Positions 51,225 to 61,696 of a DNA stretch of 61,696 bases are shown here, one piece after another. Source of the stretch: Octopus bimaculoides (taxonomy: Eukaryota); NCBI RefSeq assembly GCF_001194135.2, contig NC_068998.1, positions 16,841,579 through 16,903,274 on the forward strand, written 5' to 3'. The notes under the pieces are model-generated. The model had not been told where the DNA came from and made no database searches. It saw only the letters and a program-made list of their open reading frames with translations. Numbering within the stretch: the stretch's first letter is position 1; each line of letters begins with the position of its first letter. The translations under genes and the position numbers were made by a program.

Positions 51225-51935
51225 TATTCATCAGAGCAGTATGTACTGACATACACTACTATATTGATCAGAGCAGTATGTACTGACATACACTAATATA
51301 TTGATCATAGTAGTTTGTACTGATATAGGCTAGTCTATTGATCACAGCTGTATGCTTATTTATTGATCAGAGCAGTATGTATTCGCATATGCTAATATAT
51401 TGACCACTGCAGTATATACTGACATGTTAACATATTAATCACTGCAGTATTTACTAATATACACTACTATATGGATCACAGCACTATGTACTGACATACA
51501 CTAGTATATAATCACAGCTGTATGCATTGATGTATACCAATACAGTGATCTGAGCAGTATGTACTGACATATAGTAATATATTGACAACTGCAGTATATA
51601 CTGACATACACTAATATATTGACTGTTGCAGTATACACTGACATACACTTATTTATTGATCACATCACTATGTACTGACATACAGCAATAAATTAGTCAT
51701 AGCAGTATGTATTAGCATAAGGTAGTGTATATTGATCACAGGTGTATACATTGACATACACTAATCTATTGATCAGAACAGTTTGTACTGACATATGCTT
51801 GTGTGTTCATCAGAGCAGTATGTACTAACATATACTAATACATTGATTAGAGCAGTATGTACTGATGCACACTAATATATTGATCATAGCTGGTATGTAC
51901 CAACATATACTGGTCTATTCATCAGAGTAGCATCT
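51225..51935 (+). repeat. 37-bp minisatellite, ~19-20 diverged copies, in the SZT2 3' UTR
   Basis: Consensus TATTGATCAGAGCAGTATGTACTGACATACACTAATA; unit starts at 51225, 51262, 51299, 51336, 51361, 51398 and onward. Confidence 0.95.
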
Positions 51936-54699
51936 AGTGACTAATTAAATGTACTGGCCAAGATCAAAAGTATTATAAAAGATATACATTGTTCAGCTGA
52001 CTAGAACAATAGTTGACAAATGACATGGCACTGGTATGTTTGATCAGAGCAATAAACAAATTATAATAAATACAAACAAAACACCACGACCTGCCCAAGT
52101 CTGGCTGAATGTTGGGGATTTCATGCCAGTCTGCAAGAATGTCCTTATCCAACATTCATGTTTCAGCAGCACCATAATTCAAATTTGAACCAAATGGATT
52201 TTCATGTTAAATAAATATTTTTTTTATTGAGAAACAATAAAAAAAAAAATTGTTTTTTTACATAAAAAATCTCTGACTGTTTTTTCCATAAGCTCAACCA
52301 TGTATTAAAACAATAATGTCAATGTTAACCTTCACATTTTGCTAAATTCACTATTTACACACTTTTTCTGCAACTACACTGTTTGCTATGCAGTCTGTGA
52401 TTCTATTTCTCAGTGATGTTTTTTGTTTTTTTATTTAAATTACAACAAAATTGTTATCTATGTTTGGATGTATATATTATTATTATTATTTGAAAATAAT
52501 TTGTATGCAAAATATCTTAATTTTTTATTTTTTGTTATTTTTCCTCAAATATTTAGATTTAAAAAAATTTTTCTTTCTTTAATTTAACGTTTTTTTTTTC
52601 TTTTTTTTTTTAAGTATTTATTTCTTGAAATCTTGAAATCTTTGAGATTATTTTGTTTTACATTGTGATAATTCTTTACCTTTAATTAAAAAAGAAACAA
52701 AAAAAGAAAAATGTAAAAAAAGTTATTTTTTAAATGTCTCTTAATTTTTAGTCTAATGTTCTGGACATAGTGACAGTGTTACTTACTGTAAGATTATGGA
52801 ATGGTATCATGAATTTTAAATGAATTAGTCACAATTTTACAACTCTGAGTATTTGGTTATTTGTTTGGTAAAAAAAATTGCAACCAAATTATATTTGTAA
52901 CAAACAACATAAAAGAAATTCTATTGGTGCCGCAAAACAACCTATTTGTATATACTTAGAATATTTTTCAGTAAACCTCAAATGTCTTCGCACATGTACA
53001 AAAGAACAATAAATAAAGCAGGCAGTTTGATATCAGCTTTTATGTTAAAAAACACACTGGCTGTATGTGGTGCTTAAAAGATCCAAAATTTGCTTAAGAC
53101 AAAAGCTAGATAAATAATAGGAAAAAAAAAATTACCCTGTGTAGCAAAACAAGTATATTTAGTTCCCTCATCATTTTCTATCCTAATTAGTTACTCTTCT
53201 AATATTTTCTCAGGTGCTGTCACAAGACGATTTACATAAGCCTTGAAGAAAATACTTTGAAGAGAATTTTATATCCAAACTAAATCTCCTTTCACCTTTG
53301 TATTTGGTGTCAAAGCCAAATCCTGGCAAATAGTACCAAGATATCTCTCTCCTTCTGTTTTGCTTATTTTCGAGTAACATTTTTAAAATTAATATCGATC
53401 ACTGTATAAACAATACTCAACGGTGAATAGCAGTATTGTTTTTATTGTCAAAATCTTTTATGTAAATTGCACAAATTGAATTTTGTTTCAAATGAAATAG
53501 AAAAACTATCAACAAAAAAAAAAAACAAAAGAAAAGACCCTCCCACCTCCAAGATGTCCTAGATAAATTGATGGCTTTATTTTTGATTCTATTCAAAACA
53601 TTGCATTAAATTGGTTTCCATGACATTAAGATATATGTGGTTCATCAATTTTTATTGCATGTATGGGTTTTAAGAACTATATTTATTTTAAATATCAAAT
53701 ATGCTATAATTTGGGCCATGTATAGATTTATCATGGTTTGATTGAACAGAATGCCAATCAAATTCTATAATTCTGGTGACTAGCTCTTGTAGTCTCAGAG
53801 AGACTGCTTCAATGATATTTAAAGATCATTGTTTTTCATTGCAGATGTTTTGGCCCATAGGCTTAAACATGATGTCTGTTGGTGAAATTGTAAAATATTT
53901 TGATCTTTAGTCCCTAAATCTATATGTTCTGAAGTTTCTGAAAGCAAATCATTTTTGTTTCAATAACTAAAACAAGCCATCAACTCTTTCATACTCGGAC
54001 ATTCTCATTTCATGCAATTTTTGATACTTGAATGTTTTGCATTCAATTTTTGATACCTCAGTGAAATATTTATTTTAATTATTTAATGTAATTTTTTTTT
54101 TTTTTTGTTTATTACTTTTCTGTGTAATGATTTTTGTGAATATTCAAGTAAAAAAAGCTAAAATTTCATTGCTCCCTTTAATTATCTCCTTTTTATCTAA
54201 TTTCCCTTCGACATATCACTGCATGATCATAATTATGTAAAAAAAATTTCTATAGCTTCATGATTTCATGTTATATGCCACTAAATTAGTTTTGGAGCTG
54301 TATATATGGCTCACAAATAATGGTTCAGTGTATGATAACATACAAAGATAATAAAAATATAAATAATCAACAAGTAAAACTGATAGATTCTGAATTACCT
54401 ATTAGAAACGAGTTTTTTAAATATTAATAAATTATTTAGAAATAGAGAGAGAAAGAGAAAACATTTCTTATATTAAGGTCTCCCTTTCAAACATCTGTCA
54501 TCTCATCATTAACATTTATTCAATCATCTTTGCATGTTTTCTTTATATTTACATTTCTATTTAGAACGTTTAATGAAACATGTTTTTTTAAGCTATTGTA
54601 TTTCAATGCTGCGCCTTGCAATCCTCAGGGAGGAATATGGAGGTTCAGTCTTTGATCAATAGAAATAACCTTGGAAATGGTAGTTCTAAGACAGTCAGC

Positions 54700-56700
54700 T
54701 ATATCAAATACCTATTTTCTTCATTATAGTGGTGTTTCTTACTGCTTCCTTTGGTACAAGTTGGAGCAATATTTCTATCTTTTTTATGTTGGCGATGACG
54801 ACTTCAAAATCTTGGCCTGCAACCAATGTTGAGAACTTTTCAATGATAATCTGATTCATGACACTTGTGAGAAAATAGTAAAAATCTTTCAACAGTTTTC
54901 TTTTATTCCATAATGGTGGTTTCATTATCCATTCTGACATTTCTTCAGGAACTAGCATGATATAAATGAATAACTGCTGACCAATCAAATAATTACATTG
55001 CACAGCTACTGATTAAAGGGGGTCATAGTTTAATGTCTTCTAATTAGTACTGCTTTGCATATCTGGAAAAAAATATATAAATTCTTATCTCCTGTTTGCG
55101 TAGTTTGCCAAGCTGTGAATGGATACACTGGAAAGAGAGTTTGTGTAATTGATGGGTGTTTGATAAGACCACTGGAATAAAAGCAGGATAACATCAGAAG
55201 TTTTACTGAAAAACAAAAAAACAAATAAACTTGCCAAATATGTAAATGTTTTGTAGTAGTTTTGGGGGACAACAATTCACAAATATATTGGCCATGCCTG
55301 AACAAGTTTTTTTCTTTAATCATAATAATTTTCTGGCAGTTAAGTCAGTTAAGCATGATTGTTACAAATATTTTTCTAACAAAATATGGAAATAACCATT
55401 GGTAATGGATAATAGAGGCATTTTTAAAAGCTATAAATTAGATTTATGTTAAACCAAACGAAAGAAAGAAAGAAAAAGAATGGGGGTGCAAAAACAAGGC
55501 AAAATCTATCAATAATGCCAACTCTAAAAAGATCAGTTCCTCTTCTTTATATTCCTATTTTTGAAATGACATTATCCAAGCACTTGCTTAACAGATGATT
55601 AATACGCTGACTATCGTTCTGGCTTTAGCCTCCTCTGTTACATGGAGTATCTAAGTAATTTCAATATGAAGAATGCACTAATTGTTTTAATATTAACTGC
55701 TAAAGGATGGTTTAAAAAATTCAAGTTTGCAAATATTTTCTGTAAAAAAAACCAAAAAAAAACCAAACCCATCTTTTTAACAAACTGTAAATATCCACTT
55801 TCATATGAAAGTGTGACAAAGATGTTGGCTGCCTTCATTGTTTTATTTGTCAGATTTGCTCTTTATTTTACCTCTTTACAACTAAAACTAGAGTATCACT
55901 GTTTCCTTCTAGAAATGAAGGCTTCCTTTTAAATAGTGATATTGTTTCAATAAGCTCAGTAGACAAAATATTTTCTATCATTCAATAGATACTTGGTTTC
56001 CCTTACTATTCTCTTAAATCATCTCTGCTGTTTCTCAAGCAAGTCTTACATTGTGAAAATATTTTCAGATTTTATTTACCACCCACACAAAACACTCAGT
56101 GCCTAGGTATATATCTACAAAACTCTGATATAATCCTTTGCTAAGTCTCCAAGCTTAATGGTGTTCCTTTTGCCTAAACTATCTTCATTATGCCAATTTA
56201 GAAGTATATAAGAAAAAAAACAAAAGTGATGTTTTGAAACAATGAATCTATGATTGTTCCAACAATCAACTCCATATGTGGCCTTCATCACCTATCTTTT
56301 ATCTCTTTCCTTTAGCATAGCATAAACATTCAATTTCTTGAATGTCATGGAATAAATTCAGATTCAAAAGATTGGAATTTTTTTAGTTTTTACTCTCGGA
56401 CTTTTTTTTAATAGTGAAGATATTGACTTGAGACTTCCCTATTTCATGTTTTCCATTGCAATAGTACCAGGTTTGAGGTCTAAGAATTTAATAATATTCT
56501 ATTCTTACTTAGAAAATCCTTAATATTTTCATTGAACCAATTAAGCTTTATGAGAAGACTGCATATCAAAACGCACACTTGCTTTGCTTCTGTCCACACT
56601 TAGGAAAAGCTTCAGTCAGTCAAGTATTGACAGCTCCTTACCTTTCTATCAACTCTGCTTTTATTTCTCTCAATTATGAAATTTCTCTATGTTTAGTAAA
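54700..56700 (-). mobile_element. Very old, fragmented CR1/L2-like LINE remnant
   Basis: Weak RT-like motifs appear in the expected order on the minus strand (EAF, RPQ...NG, LFHDI...CYA, YLG, STLV...KKIEILL); many stops and frameshifts. Confidence 0.3.
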
Positions 56701-57138
56701 GAGTTGTTTGATTATCTTTCTCTTACCAAAAATTGAATGCTTAATGCATTCTTCATAATACATTGTATAAATGTTTATCAAATAACCAGCTCTACTACAA
56801 TTTCACTCACTACAGGAGGGCAACTTGTGTACTTCAGCTGTTTGTTCCAAGGTTTTGTGTCTACTAATCTCAATATTCTCACTGTAACTTCACAAGGACT
56901 ACATCAAATTTATATGAGTAATAAATAAAGGAGGGAGATTTGTGCAGTACCAATCTTCCTCTCTTATGAAACTATTCATTCATTTAAAACCTCAATAACC
57001 AAGGATGTCTGCTGACAGATTCTGCCCCAAATGTATTTTATTGAGACATGCTCTATCAGTTCCAGAATAGTAGTTTATTCTAATGCATTACTTGAAGTTT
57101 GCTAAAGTCCTACTATTTTAAAAATTACTTTTGTTTAA

Positions 57139-57359
57139 CCCTTTAGTGTTCGCATTATTCTGCCAAAATTAATGCTTTTTCATCTACATTGTTTTGAACT
57201 AATCATACATTATCTTGTAGCTATGAGATTTTGATGAGGTAGCTGTTAATTTTTAAAACAATATTGTAGGGTTGATGTGAGAGACCAGATCTGGCCAGTT
57301 TGAACATAAAACAGGCAGAATACTTTTGGCCGGATATGGCCGGTTTAAATGCTAAAGGG
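57139..57359. mobile_element. piggyBac-type MITE, ~220 bp
   Basis: TTAA|CCCTTTAG ... CTAAAGGG|TTAA. Other copies at 45662-45881, 18080-18299, ~41222-41448 (reverse) and a partial one at ~13768-13985. Confidence 0.85.
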
Positions 57360-58761
57360 TTAAACCTTTCTCCAGAACAGGGATAAAGAATTTTTTGAGT
57401 ACCAGGGGCAAATTTTCAATGGTTTAAGGACCCGTAGGCACACATCTCTGAGGCTGAGTCAAATAACAGATCTTTTATTTTGTAAATTCATAGGCATGAA
57501 ACTTAGATAAAATTACTGCTTTGATTTTAAGGAGTAAACCTTTTTCTGTTATGAGGTTTTATAAAGACTGTTTCAGGAGGCAATTTCAGATTTGAATAGA
57601 AGTGGAATTTTGCTTGTGGGCAAGAAGTACCCACCCCTACTTTCCCGTAACAAAGAAATGCCTGTTTTCAGTGGGTCACTTGTTGAAATATGGAATTGTG
57701 TATAGCTTAATGTCTTGAATTTTATCATTTGTTAAAAATGGAAGCAACTTTGTACAGTGTTGCTGTCTTAAATTGTTATGTTCCAGTTGTATCAGGGATT
57801 CAAAAGTGTTGTTCTCATCATAGTTTCACACAAATTTGACAAACAACGAAACTGCTAAGAAATGGTTCTATTCTGTTTGTTTTGTTTTTAATATCTACTT
57901 TCGAAATATCTTTGTGGTTTTTCTCCTTTAAGAAATATATTGTGACTATAGAAGTTAATGAATTTGTTTTCAAATTATTGGTTTCCATATATGAATTTTT
58001 ATGTCAATCTGTTTTTTTAATATCTCATATTTGTTTCCTTTCTAAAATTTAAACCAATAAAGAGGTAACTAGAATAAACTTTCCCAATTAAATATCTGGC
58101 ATTTCTCAATTATTTTCAACTTAGACCTACATTTTTAAAAATGAATATTTAATTTCAAAATCAGTTTCAATAGCATATACACTTTAAAGGTAGTACGTGG
58201 GCAGAATCTTTAGCATACCAGACAAAACACTTAACAGAATTTCATGTATCTTTACGTTCTGGGTTCAACTTTCACCATGGTTGACTTCGTCGGTAAAATA
58301 AGTACCAGTTGAACACTGGGGTCAATGTAATTGACTTTTCCTCTCACCAGAACTTGCTGGCCTTGTGCCAAAATTTGAAACCAAAACTTCAAATTTTTCT
58401 TCTATAAAGTTTCATTTCAAATACTTGTATAAAATATGATTCATGATAGAAATCACTATTTACAATATGAAAAAAAATATAGGCTTTGTTTTAAAAACTA
58501 CAGTAAATTTATTTTGGTTGATCAGTGTAGTTATGTAGTTAACACCCAAACTGCATGACAATAAGAGGAAAATATTCATAATTAGCTAAGATAATTTTGT
58601 AGATATTATTCAGATATGTTCTTTCGTGGTACAGTAATTAACAAATAATTTGATTGCCATCTTGTTTAGACTTAATTGCATTGTTCCTTTATATATTGCC
58701 ACCAACTATTAATTATTACACTATACAGTTTCTGGTCAAATTTTCCATCTAGGGGGATTTT

Positions 58762-58804
<43 letters not shown>

Positions 58805-59400
58805 AACACACACACACACACATATAGTATAATTAGGTGAAAACTTCATAACATGCATATATGAGCTCTTCTGTCGGTCGTTATTTGGCTATCACATGAT
58901 ATCCTACAGTGGGATACATTCCTGGGCTAGATACACATGCAGTACTCCTCTTTACATAGGATTAATACATGGATAATATAATACAAGGGTGGAAAGTAAC
59001 AAGCTTTCATAGTAGATCACAATATTTAGTTCAGCGCTACACATCAGCTTTGAATGGCAGACTTTATATATCAAAGATTATTATAGAAAACAGTCTTTAT
59101 AACTATTATACAGTTGCATGCTGCTCAGCAAAGCCATGCATGGGCACATTATTAGGGCAGAATACAATTAATTCCCGTTGAATTCTTCTGGATGCTCTGT
59201 TGTTGAGAAGGATTCAATTGTATAATAATTATGAGGAATGTTCTTCTGTACAGATCTTTGACTATAAATTTAGCAACTTAAAGCTGATGTGCAGTGTACA
59301 AATAAATGTTGCAATCTACTGTTAAAGCCTGTTATCCTCCATCCTTGTGTTATATTATCCCTACATATGTGTGTGTGTGTGTGAGACGTGTTTATTTATA

Positions 59401-59557
59401 GGTGTGGCTGTGTGGTTAGAAGCTTGCTTCCCAACCACATGGATCTGGGTTCAGTCATACTGCGTGACACCTTGGGCAAATGTCTTCTACTACAGCCTCA
59501 GACCGATCAAAGCCTTGTGAGTGGATTTGGTAAACGGAAACTGAAAGAAGCCCGTTG

Positions 59558-59610
<53 letters not shown>

Positions 59611-59827
59611 GTGTGTTTGTGTGTCTGTGTGTGTGTCCCCCCCCAATCATCACTTGACAACCGATGTTGGTGTGTTTATGTCCCCATAACCTAGCAGTTT
59701 GGCAAAAGTGACTGATAGAATAAGCACTAGGCTTGCAAAGAATTAATCCTGGAGTTGATTTATTTGACTAAAGGTGCCGCTCGAGCATGGCCACAATCAA
59801 ATGATTGAAACAAGTAAGAGAATAAAG
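59401..59827 (+). mobile_element. tRNA-derived SINE (family A), near full length with an internal microsatellite
   Basis: GGCTGTGTGGTTAGAAGCTTGCTTCCCAACCACAT-GGGTTCAGTC head with a B-box-like motif, then (TA)n/(TG)n, then a 3' domain ending GAAACAAGTAAGAG. Other copies at ~212-583, 23112-23420, 23928-24085, 45319-45480, 46322-46719 (+) and ~613-760, 6411-6555, 7612-7757, 25501-25645, 43093-43248 (-). Confidence 0.88.
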
Positions 59828-60194
59828 GAATATGCATGCATGTATAAATCATTGAATGACAAGAGAACAGTAATTACATTAGCAACTTCGTTAGCTTACA
59901 GCTGTTTCTGCTCTAGATGCAGTTCACTCTGAGCTGAGTTCAACATCATATAGCTTTCACAGAGCCATTTATATATATATGATTGTACACACACACACAC
60001 TCATGCTCACACATATGTATGCACATATATGTAGATATATATTGATCTGCGTGTATATCTATATATGTATATTTTATGCATATGTATATATTTGTGTGTG
60101 TGTATATATGTATTTATATGTGTGTATGTATATATATTTATATAACTGTGTGTATATGTGTGTATATATATGTAAGTACAATATGTGTGTATTA

Positions 60195-60251
<57 letters not shown>

Positions 60252-61148
60252 GAGAATATACGAAAAAACAACAACAGACGAGGACAGGTGGTGTAAATAA
60301 CAAAAGGATGTATTAGTATNNNNNNNNNNNNNNNNNNNNNNNNNNNNNNNNNNNNNNNNNNNNNNNNNNNNNNNNNNNNNNNNNNNNNNNNNNNNNNNNN
60401 NNNNNNNNNNNNNNNNNNNNNNNNNNNNNNNNNNNNNNNNNNNNNNNNNNNNNNNNNNNNNNNNNNNNNNNNNNNNNNNNNNNNNNNNNNNNNNNNNNNN
60501 NNNNNNNNNNNNNNNNNNNNNNNNNNNNNNNNNNNNNNNNNNNNNNNNNNNNNNNNNNNNNNNNNNNNNNNNNNNNNNNNNNNNNNNNNNNNNNNNNNNN
60601 NNNNNNNNNNNNNNNNNNNNNNNNNNNNNNNNNNNNNNNNNNNNNNNNNNNNNNNNNNNNNNNNNNNNNNNNNNNNNNNNNNNNNNNNNNNNNNNNNNNN
60701 NNNNNNNNNNNNNNNNNNNNNNNNNNNNNNNNNNNNNNNNNNNNNNNNNNNNNNNNNNNNNNNNNNNNNNNNNNNNNNNNNNNNNNNNNNNNNNNNNNNN
60801 NNNNNNNNNNNNNNNNNNNNNNNNNNNNNNNNNNNNNNNNNNNNNNNNNNNNNNNNNNNNNNNNNNNNNNNNNNNNNNNNNNNNNNNTAAATACAAAAAA
60901 GGTGGGGGTTTTTGTATGATTGTGTATAGAGGAATATATTATTTTGCTTAAAAGAGTTCCAACACTGTCTGTTTTTTATGTTTTATTTATATTCCTGCAG
61001 AACTAATGTGGGGTATAGAATATGGAATATACAATATATAATATAATATACAATATATAATATAAAATAAAATAAAATAAAAATGATGGCACCATGAAAG
61101 AAAGTATTGAATGTAGATGAAATATTGAGTGTTCAATATAAAGGATCA

Positions 61149-61182
<34 letters not shown>

Positions 61183-61649
61183 TGAATGTATGTATGTACT
61201 TGTGTGTGTTTGCCTCTTGCTTGTCTTGATTTTGTGCAATAAATATAAAGCATCAGGCGCTTACAAGCAGTGTCATCCGTTTTGAACTTACTATGAAAAC
61301 ATATCTGACATTGGAGAAATATTTTCTTCCTTGGAAGCAGGTGGGGATTGGCAACAAGAAGGGCATCTGGTCATAGAAATTCTGCCTCAGCAAGTTCCAC
61401 CTGACATACGAGAACATGGGAAAGTGGACATTAAAACAATGATGATGGTACGTGCACACACTTTCTTCTAGTCTTAGTATTTATTAATATATGTATGTGT
61501 ATGTTGTGTGTCTGCGCACTATGTAGAGAACAAACACACACATGTTTGTGTGTGTGTATATATTAAACATTTATTTTAAAAATATATTTATATCACCTAT
61601 CTATCTGCGTATATGTGTGTGTGTGTGTGTATATGCATGTATAGATATG

Positions 61650-61696
<47 letters not shown>

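Noticed and set aside
51225-51935. CRISPR array or iron-responsive elements
   Set aside because: Units are contiguous with no unique spacers, the DNA is eukaryotic and no cas genes are present; the CAGTAT loop does not match the IRE CAGUGH loop.
54377-54418. AAAA-CTGATAGA...GAAAC-GA-GTT-TTTT hammerhead-like pattern
   Set aside because: The core has an extra base, there is no credible stem II, and stem I is only A/T runs; likely chance.
54704-55003. 99-aa minus-strand ORF as a separate gene
   Set aside because: No supporting exons; weakly resembles a decayed LINE RT C-terminal region.
59401-59480. tRNA genes
   Set aside because: The box-like motifs belong to multi-copy SINE heads and do not form a full cloverleaf.
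156-61459. Most ORFs in the supplied track (YIYIY, HTHTH, CVCVC and X-run proteins)
   Set aside because: They are translations of microsatellites, N gaps or SINEs, with no splice logic or protein-like composition.

Overview
AT-rich animal genomic DNA with eight N gaps and dense (TA)n/(CA)n microsatellites. The SINE, RTE and MITE families look like an octopus (cephalopod) short-read assembly; the species is an inference. The window holds the 3' part of one + strand gene, SZT2 (KICSTOR scaffold subunit). I reconstructed 20 GT-AG exons between 813 and 51153. They splice phase-consistently into one 3713-nt frame (about 1236 aa plus stop) whose motifs match the human SZT2 C-terminus as I recall it; no database search was run. 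The gene start lies upstream of the window. Most ORFs in the supplied track are microsatellite or repeat noise. Introns are filled with tRNA-derived SINEs, RTE tails, piggyBac, mariner and hAT MITEs, CR1-like and R4/Dong-like LINE fossils, and Penelope-like remnants. Best leads: (1) a young 300-bp near-perfect palindrome with an 11-bp target-site duplication and a minimal hammerhead ribozyme motif in each arm, 115 nt upstream of an exon; (2) further hammerhead-like cores in other introns; (3) two in-frame microexon candidates (18 and 30 nt) and a 39-nt poison-exon candidate; (4) a 37-bp x ~19 minisatellite in the 3' UTR that repeats a donor sequence used by this same gene. No CRISPR, rRNA or tRNA genes are supported.
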